Shown piece by piece: positions 38,897 through 53,742 of a stretch of 64,000 nucleotides of DNA. The stretch covers positions 12,400,001 through 12,464,000 of the forward strand of contig CP075493.1 of the NCBI GenBank assembly GCA_021613535.1, given 5' to 3'. Each line of letters starts with the position of its first letter. Position 1 is the first letter of the stretch. The notes beneath the pieces are model-generated. The model was not told the origin of the DNA and did not search any database. It was given only the letters and a program-made list of their open reading frames with translations. The position numbers and the translations under genes are program-made. The stretch comes from Adineta vaga. Its lineage: Eukaryota > Animalia > Rotifera.

Positions 38897-41800
38897 ATGT
38901 TTGATTCTGGGAAAGTTTCCATCGCGATGAATAAAAAAAAGATGACTGGTCAATCGTTCCATATGATCGATCGACATACAAAACTGCACAAGATATACTT
39001 TTTCAGGTAAGGTAAAAAAAAGAAACAAATTAGATATCTGTTATTGTATATATTTAGGCAGCGCGTGAAAGTAATGAAGAAAAAGCGGAAGAAAAATGGG
39101 AAAAATTCTTAACTCACACTAAACATGAACGTTTATCACACGAACAGATCAAAGTTTTGATAGACAGTTTTGATAGTCGTAGACAGTGGACTCCACTTCA
39201 TTATGCTGTGGAAGCAAACAATATGTTTATTTTTTCTAAATTAACGAGTGGAGACAAATTTTATCGATGTGGTAAGCACTTATTCCTATCGATTGTAAAT
39301 GTATCATCTATCGTGTTTAGACATCAACATCAACGGTGGAAATGGAGAAAATGTCTTACATATAGCTGCTCAATCAAATAAGATCTGGGAAAGTGTAAGT
39401 TCAATATTGATAATCACTTTCAAGTTTTGAAAATATTTTCTATGAATTATTTTACATAGAAACCTGAATATAATTTACCTAAAATTGTACAAGAGATGCT
39501 CGATTATCGAGCTGATATTCATGATCGTGATAATGAAGGTCGAACACCATTGCATCTAGCTGTACAGAACAATCGTTATAATTATGCTATAAAACTGATC
39601 TCTTGTGGAGCTGATATAATGGTAAAGTATTTCAACATGCGATCCTATATAAATCATTTGTTCTATTTTAAAGGCAACATCAAAATTTCAAGAAAGCGTT
39701 TTACATTTTGCGTTAATACCCAATCGAGCAACTAGTGAAGAGTTGAAGAAGATGATCGCCCTAATTAAAACCAGTGCAGAAGACATAACGCAGAAAAAGA
39801 TGCTTATTCAAATGGCAACTTTGCACAATCATACACCACTTGCTTATGCTCTCTGTCATCCATCAGTGACAGAATCGATTATCAATGAATTATTCATTAA
39901 AGATGACCAGATCGATGATAAACAATTTCTTATTGCATTTGATGCATTAGCAAGCCATGTTCATCGTAAACCAGAAGAATTCAATTATCTCAATCCCATC
40001 CTTGATTGGTGTAATCATGGATATTCAATGACACTGAAACAATTGCCTCATATTTTTTGTCGACATAATAATGTATCACTATTGAAATGGTTCGATGAAA
40101 AATACAGTAAAGTAAGATATAAGATTCAATATCTTTGAAATATTGAAACATAATGTCGTCTTGAGATGATTATATCAATTAAATTTTATAGGTTAATACG
40201 TTGGATTATGAACAGATATCAATATATAATACTGTTGATTCAGCTGGTTATACTCCTTTACTCACTGCCGTCTTTTACAAAGCGACAGAATGTGTTAATC
40301 TGATACTCGATCGAATGGTAAGTCATTGATACAGATGAGAAAAGAGCAATCGTATTTTGATTGAGTTATTTTACTCTAGTTGAACATTAATGTAAAATTT
40401 TTATTACTAACAAATGATAATAATGAAAATATTCTGCATATTTGTGCCAAATGTTGTGTTGAAGAAAGCTTATTCCATCTTATCTGGAATAATTTATCTG
40501 ATACTTACGGTGTGAAAAAAGAATTAGTGTATATGACGGATATTGAAGAAAATACACCATTACAAGTAGCAGCCCGATTTTCTAATAAACATATGTGCAA
40601 AGAACTATTAAATTATATCCAGACAGATTGTTCGAAAAGCGAAGCAGCGCATGAGGCTAGTAAAGCGGGTTATTTGGATATTTTGAAACTTAGCTTTAAA
40701 TATGATTCGGATAAGAAGCAGTCACAAATGCCACTTAATCAAATACGAGAAATATTGAATATGAGAGATAAATATGGATATACATGTGTTCATGCAGCTG
40801 CAGAACAGGGTAATTTATAGATTGTATGAAACTATTGAAATCTTTTTTATTGTATAGGTTATAAAGAGATTGCCGAATTTTTAATCAAAGAAATGAGAAG
40901 TGAGGTTGATCCTATTGATGAACGTCGTCGAACTCCGCTGCATATAGCATGCGAAAAAGGACATATGGAAATTGTTCAATTTCTTCTTGAAACAAATGCT
41001 TCAACTACATTACGCAATGCTCAAGTATACAATTGTTTAGAAATTGCTATTATTCATCAACAAAAAGATATTGTACAAGAACTTTTCAAACATTCAACAT
41101 GGAAAGAAATGATGCGTAATGCTCAACCAATTGATAATACAGAAGCTTTTGATACTCCTATGAGAAAATTAATTCGTTACATGCCTGATATAGCTGTTTG
41201 GCTAATTGACAATAAATTAACACGAATCATCGGTGGACCAGGAGAGAAGATCTATAAAACTATCTATGATTATGAGTTTTATGAAGATATGTTCAAAGTT
41301 AAAGATTGGTATACTCAAAGTATGAAACTCATGAAAATGTGATTTAAGAATAAATTCTATTTGACTATATGATTTGTTTATCTAGATGCGAAATTAAACT
41401 TGGAACCACCAACATGTGCCAGTTTGTGGCGTACTCGAGGCGTTGAAGCCATTCATACATGTTGGTGTTGTTGTCATTCGAATAATCGTGGATGGTGTTC
41501 TTGTTACAGGACAATAAAGAAAACAGAGAACGAAGAATGGTATACAAACGATGCATATACACTTGTACGCAATCATCCACTATTTATTGTATCTCAACAA
41601 ACTCATTCTCCTGAAATTGTTCAGCATTTTTATCATACATATTTACGTCAAACAAAACTTCGTTCGTTTGGTCTTGCTTTCTTTATTCTGTCATATTTTA
41701 TGTACATGGCATATTTAGGGTTATATACAGCAGTTATATTGATGGGTAAACATCCGAAATATTTCTATGATCAAGCTCAAGTTAATTTAACAATGGATTT

Positions 41801-42832
41801 ATCGACCTGTGAATTTGTTAGCAATTATCTGATCAATAACGCAAATGTTGCCAATGAAGGATTAAAAAGTGATACATACAAAAGACTCAAATGGACACTC
41901 TATGCTATTTTAATTATGTTTATAACAAAGAATTTGATCACTATTGCAGCTTTATTTCCAAAAGTTCTTCGTATTGGAGGATCTTATGTTGAAATATTAG
42001 CATTACTTCTTTCATACCTTTACGTACTTGATTGGAAAGATTGGCAGAATGATGTTATACTACGATGTCCAGTTCAGTATCAAATAGGTGCAATGGGCCT
42101 TCTTCTGAGTTATATTAATTTACTTATGTATTTGCGAACAAGTCCGGTGTTTGATATGGGAATATATATTGTCATGTTACAAGTTATATCAGTGAAATTT
42201 TTACGATTCTTACCCGTTTTTCTTACACTCATTTGTGGATTTGGTTTTACATATTGGATGTTACTACAATATCAGGCTGTCTATGGTACACCTATCGAAG
42301 CTTTATTACGAACAAGTTTTATGCTCTTTGATTTGGGTTATGAAGATCGATTGTATGATGAAGAAAATGGAGGTGTAGGTTATTATAAATTAGTCTACGT
42401 TATGTTTGCACTTACAGCAATTGTTTGTTCAATTTTTGTGATCAATTTATTGATTGGTAAGAACAATCTCAATAAAATTTTGTAAATAATTTATTTAATC
42501 ATATTCTAGGACTAGCCGTTGGAGAAATCCCAACACTATTAACTCAAGGAACTTTATGGCGAATTCAAATACTTTTTAATCTTCTGTCAGACTATGAAAT
42601 GTTACGTGTTCGATTCGTTCTTATATTTGATTGTCTCACATGTAATGTATTTCGTCAAAGTCGAATTCCATGGTTTCGTCCTCGACCATGCTATATTTTA
42701 GAAAAAGATGAATTGAAAAGTCCAATGCTAGCACTTGGTGATGCATGGAATTACACACAAAAATATTTTTTTAACGAACAAATTCAAGATAATATCAAAC
42801 CACCAGTTGAATCCATTAACAAAAAATACTAG
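38897..42832 (+). CDS. TRPA-like ankyrin-repeat cation channel (multi-exon)
   Basis: Many ankyrin repeats (TPLH, TPLL, TPLQ), TPMRKLI..MP linker, TM region ending INLLIG|LAVG; 5' end uncertain (A-run frame problem at ~38933-38940). Confidence 0.85.
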
Positions 42833-43497
42833 AATTAATGCGAACATATGCACATATACTATCTAATTGTTTACATAGAGTGTGAGTGTAGATGATGATA
42901 TGAATAAAAATAAATAAATCTACACGTTGATTGTTGTATATTCGCTATTCTGTATGATAAACCAGACAGTATATGTACACCCAAATATAGTTTGTCGACA
43001 AATATGGCTGTGTTACCATTTTCTTTGTCGTATATTGATATTCATTATTAGTCTAGCTCTGATTGGACGCGTGTGGTATACAAAACAGCGTGTTAATCAA
43101 ATGTTTCAATGGAAAAATTATAGTAAACTATATCTTCTATCTTTTTTTCACCGATATTTTGATATCCTCCTTATTTGAGTGATTTATCGTTTAACGTCAC
43201 TGCTGATTATTATATTGTTAGCTTATTTATGACTTATATTACTTTAGTGCATTACTTTCACGATAAGAGAGCATCTAGAGAGTAAAGTTTACTTAATAAC
43301 AAATTTTTCAACCATAGTTTTGTCCTCTATTGATAAATATGACTCATGTGTACACGAAGAAAGAATGTATATTTTCGTCTGTTCTATCCTTCTTCACGTC
43401 GTATATATTTAAACGCTTCGATAAGTATTAATTTTATTTCTATTTTATACTCCATCGTTAAAAGTAACGTGGTACATTTGATATTTACTATTTGATC

Positions 43498-45826
43498 ATG
43501 ACGTCGAATGAAAAAAAGGACGAAAAGGACAAATCTCCATCTGATGAACTGGTAAAAACAATTGATCTCTGGCTTCAATGGGATCAATGTGAAGAAACAA
43601 GAAAACAAATTGAGCAACTTAAAGTAAAACTTCAACTCGATCTTTCTTTTTATTTTTCTTCCTCTCTTTTCTGTATAGTCAGAAGCAAAATGGGATGAAT
43701 TAGATGCTTGTATGACTCATCGAATTCATTTTGGTACAGCTGGTCTTCGTTCGAAAATGGGTGCTGGATTTGCTCTTATGAATGAATTAACAGTTATTCA
43801 AGCTACTCAAGGTCTGATTCGTCACATGCAAACAGCATTCAAAGATGAAAAACAACCACTTTCTATCGTCATTGGTTTTGATGCTCGTCATCAATCACAT
43901 CGATTTGCTCGTTTGGCAGCTGCATTGTGTGCTCATGAACAAATTCGTGTTTATCTATTCGATTCAATTCCTGTACCAACACCAATTATTTCATTTTCAG
44001 TTAAAAAATTGAAATGTCAAGCAGGTATTGTCATCACTGCTAGTCATAATCCAAAAGAAGATAATGGCTACAAAGTTTATTGGAATAATGGAGCTCAAAT
44101 TATATCACCCGTAGATGTTAAAATTGCTGAAGAAATTGAAAAAAATCTAGAACCATGGAAAGGTAAAGCTTGGCAATTGGATATACTCGATCAGAACAAA
44201 TCAAAACTTGTATCTGATCCAATTGATGAAGTACGTCATGAAAGTATTTTCGAACTGTATAGTTATATTTTTCTAATTAAAGATTTTCGATCTCTATATG
44301 TCTGAATTATCCAAATTGACTCATTTTACGGAAATGAACTCAACGATACCATTGAAATTCGTTTATACACCATTACATGGTGTTGGTCAACCATTTGCTG
44401 AACGTGCTTTTGCTACTTATAAATTTCCACCATTTATTTCTGTTCAAGAACAAAAAGAACCAGATGCTGAATTTCGAACAGTTAAATTTCCTAATCCAGA
44501 AGAAGGCAAAGAAACATTAGCATGTGCAATTCAAACAGCTGATAAACATCAAGCTGATTTTATTCTATCGACAGATCCGGATGCAGATCGATTTTCATTA
44601 TGTGAAAGAGATCCTCGCGAAGATAGTGAAACAGGTTGGCGAATTTTTACAGGAAATCAATTAGGTGCACTATTTGGTACGTTCTTCATTCTTTATTGTA
44701 TATGATCATTGCGTACAGTTCTGATCTAAATAGGTTGGTGGCAATGGTTTACTTGGCGTAATCGAAATCCAACAGTGGATGTGAAAGATGTTTACATGCT
44801 CTATTCAACTGTTTCATCTCATATCCTGAAATCAATTGGTCAAGTTGAAGGATTCAATACTATCGAAACGTTAACGGGATTCAAATGGATAGGAAATAAA
44901 GCTCATGAATTACTCAATGATAATAAACATGTTTTGTTTGCCTTCGAAGAATCTATGTAAGTTTGATCTATATCTTTGAAAATATGAATTATTTTGAATA
45001 CCTTATTCTTATAGTGGATTCATGTGTGATGCACATAATGTTTTAGACAAAGACGGTATTTCAGCAATGTGTGTTGGTGCAGAAATGTGTACATATTTGA
45101 AATCTATTGGAAGAACATTACATCAGCAATTACGTGAAGTTTCTGTCCTTTATGGTTATCATATTAATAATAATTCATATGTTACTTGTAATCATACAGA
45201 TGTGATGATGAAGATTTTTCATCGTCTTCGTCATTTTGATCAAGATGATTCTAAAGTAAATCTAATATTTGTTGTCGTCTTCATTCTTATGAAATTATTT
45301 TGTACAGGAAAAAGACAATGCTTGCAAGGAAACAGCTGCAGCTGAAAAGAATCTTGTTCAATATTCAAATAAACTCAAATCACATATTGGTGATAATGAA
45401 AATGAACCGGTCGATTCGAAAAAGAAAGACAGAACATATGTTTATCCAAAGAATTGCGGTCATTATAACATAGTAGGAATTCGTGATTTAACTGTTGGAA
45501 TTGAAGTTGATTTTCGTGATGGAGGTAAAGATAAAAAACCGGAATTACCGTGTTCATCTGCAAATGAAATGATTACATTTTATTTTGATAATGGATGTGA
45601 AATGACTATTCGAGCTAGTGGAACGGAACCGAAAATAAAATGGTATTCAGAAATTCGAAAAAAACAAAAAAATGTGGAACCAAGTAATGAAAATCCAATG
45701 ATTGATGATGAAAATTTTCGTCGAGAAACAAGAAAAGAACTTGATGATTTAGTTGATACTGTTGTTCATGAATTTTTACAACCAGAAAAAAATCAACTTG
45801 GCGAACGAAAAACATCTCGAAAATAA
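43498..45826 (+). CDS. PGM2: Phosphoglucomutase-2 / phosphopentomutase-like (multi-exon)
   Basis: FGTAGLR, TASHNP, DPDADR, FEES, DKDG and RASGTEPKIK motifs. Confidence 0.92.
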
Positions 45827-46689
45827 CTATGAACTACTTTTTTTTTAATAATTCTAATAAAATATTCAAGCACAACGTAATTTTTTGTAAATATAAGGTT
45901 TAGATGATAGATATGATTTCTTTTCTCTTTGGTTCTCTACAACGCGCGTATCGCGGACTATTTTTTTCTATCGTGTCAATCGAAGAAAGAAAGAGAAAAT
46001 GTAGATGGCGATAGTGCACTATAGATATACATACCCATCGTATTCAGTTCGTACGCAATAACCTGTTTTATATTTTATCATCGAAAGAACTTATCGGTCA
46101 TTGTCTATGTAAAGACGTTAAAGTCAAAATTGATATCGAGATAACTATTAACTGATAAATCAAATGAAATTATCCTAAACCATCGTTTAAATTGTCAATG
46201 TACTGATAGTAGATTATTATCATTAGATTTCATGCTACCAGATGAAAAAGTTACTTTTGTCGATGAGAAATGATTAATTACAAAATTTGATGATACAGAT
46301 ATAAAATCCAAAAGTGTAGTAAAACGTTATTTTCGAAGTGGATGTGATAGGCCCATCTATTGAAAAACTTCTGAAAATGAATCAAACATCACTGTTATTA
46401 AATTAAGTTTATTTATTGGTGAAGTAGATTAACTGTCATGTCCGAAGAAAAAAGTCGTTTTTATGTAATTTTTATTAATAAAATATATAATCTTGCTCAT
46501 GTTGCACAGGTGTCATAAAGATTGATCTATTTAAAGTATAAGTTAAGATATTGAGAAGATGCTTCCCGTATACGGTGAAGAGAAAAGAAGAACAATATTG
46601 AGTTATCGTCAATGAATAAGTCAAGAAGTATCAGTATAGTTTTACTTTCTACAATTTTACTATCACAACGGATTGAAGCAAAGTTATTG

Positions 46690-47200
46690 ATGATATTCAT
46701 CATTTCAATTCAGATAATATAGATTCTACCCAATGCCGTATTCGAGGGATTTTTTAACAATATCCTGCACATTATTATTCAATGCATGTGCACTACAAGC
46801 TTTCTATCGTTTTATACGTATCGTCCATACTATTAAAATCACATTTCAACGGCATAAAACACAGTACATATTGATTTGCACAGAAAACCTTGTGCAGTCA
46901 TCGTCCAGTTTCTAAATTTTTATTTGATGCCAGTATCTATTTTATGTATAAGTTGCTTTCGTGTTATTATTTACATGCGCCTCGTCATTGGACGACCACA
47001 TGCACTGACTTTTCGTTTAATATGGCTAGCAATTCACATCGGTATGTTTTTTCTTTCAATTTCTTTCCACATTATTACACCTCAAGTGAAAACTATTTTC
47101 GGCAATATATCATTACGAAGAAACGGAACAATACTGCCCATAAATAAATCATTTAATCTCGATCCTATTTTACATAGAAAGAGTAGAGTCCGATCAGAGT
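46690..47200 (+). pseudogene. Possible degraded 7TM GPCR fragment
   Basis: ACALQAFYRFIRIV and YLMPVSIL resemble TM3/TM5 of this family; frameshifted. Confidence 0.35.
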
Positions 47201-49544
47201 AATTCTTTCTTAAAAAAACAAAACTTAATTATTTTAAAGCACGTGTTTTATTTCTAAATGGATATAGAAATGATATACTAATATTATAAAGAATCAACAA
47301 GTTCTGTTACAAATCCATCAGCAGTATGAAAAGTTTATAGAAATTGTTCATTGAGTTGACCTGAAATGATCCAGAATGAGACGGTGAATCTTTCTATAAC
47401 AAACTCGACTCATTTCGCAAATCAAAAAATGATTTCCCACTCAAGACATTACCCTATGCTTTTGGACCTTAGATGATGTCGTTTTGATGTGATATCCATA
47501 TCAAAGCGTATGCTTTTTCGGTTTTAAATAGTCCCATCGGATAGAACTCGCGATTCTGCACAAAATCATATATGCTCCATCCGAAAAACGTTTTCGCCGG
47601 GTAAACGTCTAAGGGCCAAAGAAGCATCTTGCAACTATCAGAAATAATAAAAATAACAAGTTCAATCATTTTCACTTACTCATGAGCGTCAATCACAATC
47701 ACGAAAGAAAAACTTCAAGAATTTGAAGCATTGATAACCATTATATGAGACAAAGAAATCGAAGTTTTAGACTATCGCAACATATTTGTGAATGTCAACT
47801 AAAATGCACGACAACCAAGAAATAAAACCAATCATATCCTTAAGCTTTTGTAAATATAGTGCTAGAAACGAATGACTCCAAATATTGGGCTGTAATCTTC
47901 ATTGATACATATATTCTATCTGCTTCTAATGAAACAGCCTAATTCTTGTAAGATTTTCAAAACCATTGTCAAATTCTGCTATATTCAGGCGTGTGATGGT
48001 ACAATACCTCCAGATCCTTGATCTATGTTCATGTGCTGCATAATAATCTAGCGGAAATGATTACAAAGGATATTCGGATACTGCCGAGTTATAGTGTGAT
48101 TAAAGAATATAAATGTATAAAATCATGTATTCTAATAATTATTGATTCGTTGAAGACTATCAAAAATAATTTTCTGGATTTTAAGAGTGTTCCTAGGTGA
48201 CCATGTTACTAACCATAATAGAACTTCAAGAATTTGAAGCTCCAAAAAACAAATTTCCGTTTATATTCTCTAAGGAATCCTGTGAAAACTGAAACATCTA
48301 GATAATACATCAGAGTAAATTTTAGGAAATCTTTGATTTACAATGGTCATGTTGACATCCAGATGCAACCGTTTTCTCAAGTATCATTGAAAAAATGCTG
48401 ATTCGTTGTTTCTATTCGATATTCTAAATATGGTTGCTGACCATACATGATGACCAACAGTTTTCAAATTTGTATACTCTGATGTACACTGCACAATTGA
48501 TCGTGCTGTTTGCAAGGTAAAGATTCCAACAGTCACGGAATGAAATGATAGCTTAGTGTTCAATCAATTTTAACTGCATTAGTTAACTAACTTCATACAT
48601 GTCAAGCTTAAAAGTTGAGTTCACTTCAAACTTTAAGTTTCAGCTTTTGATTGAAATTCTTACTATATTCAAATTTCATTTCAATTGTCAATTGAGGTAT
48701 CTAGTATGCAATTATTAATTCAATTCTATTAGCACTGAGTGAGGATGTCACGGAATCTCGACCAAAAGACGTGCTGATGCATCATCAAGTACCCGCTTTG
48801 GCATGCTACCATCATCATCGCCTCCAATCACTGCAAAGAAAAAAAACAAATTCAAACAGGTACTGGTGTTCCACCTGCGCAAAATATTAACAACACAAAA
48901 TCAACAACCAGAAAAAGAAAAACAGAATTGAACCAATCGATACACCAGCATCACCTCGCGATGGTATACATGCATCTCAAGAATATTCATATCAAAATGC
49001 TTAGAACTTCGCACTTACTGAGAGCTATGAAGCCCTATTTATCTGATTCAAACAAAAAAAGTGAATACTGGTGTACGACCGATAGTGTACTTAAAACACT
49101 CATATTAGATAGTTCACTTTCAATAAATCAGAAAAAATCAGATCTGAAGAGCTCATGCGGATAGTGAAGACGTTGAATAATGTAACTCTGAAAAAAAACT
49201 GAACTTGTAGCTTGAATCACTCAATACTCTGAAATTGAAAATTTAAAAATGAAAATCAGCTAGTTGAATAAAAACTTGAATATAGCAGAAATTTCAATTG
49301 AATTAAAGTTCCAACTTTGATACTACTGATAACGGTGTGGGCCTACAGGGTTTGTACCTATTTGTTGACAGTTTTTTTTAAATAATATTGAAAATATAAA
49401 TTTTTTACAAGAATTCCGAGGCGTTCGGTGCCATCTGCTCCTATATTTTCGGTTTTGTTCTTTTATTCAAAATGATATGTAAAAACTTTGATGAAAGTCA
49501 TGATGTCATATTTTTACGATAAATTCGATGTTTGATTAAATGAT

Positions 49545-50485
49545 TTAACCATTGAATTCGATATCGAATTTTTGTACTCGATGATTTCCATGATCGACGA
49601 CATAGAGATTACCGTGTCGATCGAACGACAAACCTACAGGAGAATTCAATTGGTTTGATTCACTTCCTTCACCATTTCCACCAACAATCATGCTTCCTTC
49701 TGTGGCTCCTTTTGGCCAACGCATGATTCGAGTATTCCCTGCATCAGCCACATATACAGTGCCCAATTGATCGACAATGACTCCTTGAGGAAATGAGAAT
49801 TGTGTAAGGCCATATCCTTGTCCTTGACCACCAGCCACAACAATACCTTGTTTTGCATCTTCCACCCATTTCATCACACGATGATTTCCAACATCAGACA
49901 CGTAGACTGAATGATCTCGATCGACGAATATGTATCGTGGGTAAGAGAGTTGATCGAGACGATTTCCGTTCCCATTGCCACTTGCAACCACTCTTCCTTC
50001 AGATTCTCCTCTTTCATATCGTCTCACTTCGTGTTGTCCATAATCAACAATATAGAGAGATCCATTCTTGTCCATTGTCAAACCCACACAATCGATATTT
50101 GAGATGATGATTTCTTCACTTGTTCCATTTTGACAAGGCCATCGAATCACTCTTTTATTCATATAGTCGCAGATGATGAGACTATTTCTCTCTTTGTCGA
50201 TAATCACATCTTCTGGGTTGGACAATTGATGATCTCCACTTTCTTGTTGATTTCCACCGGCAACCACTTGGCCACTCTTTGCACCCGATTTCCATTTCAC
50301 AATACGGTTATTTGATGCATCAGTGACATAGACATTTTGATCATCATCAACATACAAACCCCATGGATCTGAGAGTTGATTGATTCCATTGCCTTGTCCA
50401 TTTCCTCCAACAACAGTAATACCATTTTGTTTCCATCGAGCATTTGGATGAATATCGGTTGAACTTGCGCGTAATGGAGTAAATT
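49545..50485 (-). CDS. NHL-repeat beta-propeller exon (upstream exon uncertain)
   Basis: Six NHL repeats (VAGGNG.G...QL..P.G...D); phase-1 acceptor at 50486-50487. Confidence 0.85.
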
Positions 50486-51517
50486 CTATAATAACAATAT
50501 AGAATAAAATTATTACTATTATCATCGAGTTTTATACTATATATATATATATATTATTTATTTATTTACTGTTTTTTTCTATCATCATATCTTCTTCAAT
50601 GAGTAAAAAATAAAATGGATTTATATATATATATGTATATATCAAACTTTTTTTATCAACTTTCTATTCTTTTCTCGCCTAGAATATTATAATTTTTTTA
50701 ATTTTTTCTAACATATATTACATGTTATTTAAAAATTCATTTTTTCATTATTAATTCTTCGAATTATTTTGTTTTCTGTTTTTGAGTATATTCTTACAGT
50801 AAGTCTATTTCAATAATAATCACTCTACTATATGTATATTTCTTATAAATAGATTCATTTCAGAGTTTTTTTTCTTTTCTCTAATTTTTTACTTTTGAGA
50901 TATGCATAACAAAATTTTTCGAACTATACTACAAATATAAATTCAATTACTTCATGAAAATTCAATTCAATTTTAATTGATTGAAAACTTAATCAAATCT
51001 CTTCTTACATTGAATATCTTTATAAAATATAGAAGAATTCGACAAACTACTTTTTTTTAGTCTAGTGTTGCTTAATGAATTTTCCTTCATGATATACTTA
51101 ACTTTCAATCGAAATCTATTGATGAATAAATATACTACACATATTATATTCGATTGGGATCTGTTGAATTCAGTGGGGAAATTTATTTTTCTCATTTAGA
51201 CTACACACTTGAAAATGAACTAATCGAAAATGTTATCTCTTACTGTATCGGGTTGCATGAGATTCATCCGTCAAGAAATAGTTGAACTATCGAAAATATT
51301 TTCATTATTGAGCAGATCATCCCTGAGCGGGGGAAGGATACAGGGATTTTTTACAAAAACCTTTTTCTTCTCAAAACTATTAAAAACATACATGAATCGA
51401 CTCAGTTTTTAAAGCTGATTTCAAATCTGATATCAATTTTGAAACAAACTGTAGTTCTCTACCGAAATTTTGCGCATTTATTCTCATTGAATTTTGAAAT
51501 GAAAAGGTTTGACTTAC

Positions 51518-52262
51518 TCGTTTGTTTTTCTTTTGTTTCTATTTGTAATTTGTCCATTGCAGATTCGACATGTGCTTCTTTATTTTCTTCTTCATCTTCT
51601 TCCTCATTAATTTCCACTAAATGAACATGAAATAAACCTTTTGGATCTTCTACAACATCACCTTGAACACGTAAATCAGTTCCAATTTTCAAAATCACTT
51701 CATCTTCTTCTTCACGATCACTATAACCTGAGATTTTCTTTCCGTTTGATATTTCAATGAGAAATATTGTTGAATTTATTTCATTTCCAAGAAAATGTTT
51801 GATAACATTAATCGATGATGAACAAGAATTCACACTCCACCATGTTATTTTCTGATTTTTAAAGAAATTCTTTCCAATATCATTTGAAACACCACGCCAA
51901 ACAATTCCTCGAACATTTGGTAATTTTTCTAAAGCTGTATCCAATAATTTTAAATAAGGAAACCAAATTTTCAATGCATTTCGATCTTCATTTCTCAATG
52001 CTTTGTTTAAAATTCGATATAAACTAGTTTCATCGCATTCCATTGTATAAATAGAAATTGAAGCAGATTCGTCCTTTGTTAAACCATGTTCAGATGGAAA
52101 ATGACATCGTCGTTTTGCTGTTTTGACATAAAACAGTAAACCACTAATTTGTGATTGAATTGCTTGTAAAGATTCTTCAAGTGAAACAAGTTTTGCACTT
52201 CGATAACCATAAACAGCTGGAAGACTTTTCAATGAATAATCAATATCACCAAAACGATTCAT
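51518..52262 (-). CDS. ADP-ribosyltransferase (ART, R-S-E type) domain exon
   Basis: IYTME, LNKALR, VWRG, WWSVNSCS and EEEDEVIL; phase-1 donor at 51517. Confidence 0.85.
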
Positions 52263-53742
52263 TATAAAAGATTTTTTTCTAAAATAAATAAATTAATGAT
52301 ATGATAGGAAAAAACAGAAGAAAATTCGTTTCAAATCATTTTCAATTATTCAATTAAATCTTTTTCTTATGCAATGAAATAGAAAAGAAATTCTTTTCAG
52401 ATGATCAATGTGTTCATTCATTTATTTACATCAGAATTCACAAAAGACAAATCGAATTTTTATCTAAAAGTTTCTTGAAATGAGCATTTCATAAAATATT
52501 TTCATTGGATTTGAAAATACATATTAACCGGTTGTTTTATTCTTCATTTACAAAAGAGATTTTCATTTCTTTTACGCATACAACGAAAAAAAGGAAAATT
52601 CATTTGTTTATTGAGAATTTATTGATATTTAACAAAAATTACAATTAACATGATGTTTAAATCATTCTAAACAAGGATGGAGTGGGTGTGGGTGGATAGA
52701 GACGCTGATTTGCACTCACCCCCACACCCATTTCTATAACACCAAATAAACTTACCTAAAACGAAACTTTGAAAAAAATTGAATTAATAAATTTCAAATA
52801 TTCGATAAAAATTATGAGAATATGTATGAACACGGCATTTTTTTCAACTTCAGTTTCATTTTATTCTGCAAATCGTTTTTCAAACTGTTTGATCAACAAA
52901 ATAATACTTGAGCTTTTATTTTCCTTTCTAACTTTGTATTTTGCTCGAAAGAATTCACCTTCTAACATTTAAAGTGAAAAAAAAGAGAAAAAAAATTGAC
53001 GTAGTCCTCATCAAATGGATTTTTAATGTTTCAGATGTAAAGAACGAAAAAAAGAATATTGATGAAAAAAATGCAAGGATAGTTTTAACTAAAAACAAAT
53101 CTTTGATATTTTTCTTTTTTGGATAAAATTTAATTAAAACATTCAATAATATCTGTTTTGTCTTTTTTTGAATTATAAATTTATAATTCTCAAGAAGAAA
53201 AAAGATAAAAATGATTGAAAATATAATATGAAAAAAGACTTGAGATAGTGTTTTTCACTATTCTTTCCTGGAAAACATACTGTTGTTCGTATGTATGAGA
53301 GAGCATTCCTAAAAACTCTAGATTCGACTGAACAACAAGATATTTTGTCTAAAGAATAGTGAAAAATGCCCTTAACATATCTCACATATACACTTTAACG
53401 TTGATTTTGTGACGGTTAAAGAATTAAGATCCCACTCACATCTTCAAGCCGTTAATCAAACTTTTTTGAGGGTGTCGGTTCTATACTCTCATCTACACTC
53501 TCATAAATGAAATAACTAACATCCTTGATAATCGTAATGTTGAGAGTGTGGGTGTGGGAGTGAAATACTACTATCACCCACACCCACTTTATTTCCCTGA
53601 ATCTCAGACTTCTTATTGAAAAACAATAATCATCTAAATTTTCATTTTGTTCTTCGAATGTTTTTCTTCCGAATAACATTCATTCATTCTCTTTCATAAG
53701 AAACATTTCGTTTCTTTGACAACTTCTCGACTCAAATTCAAT

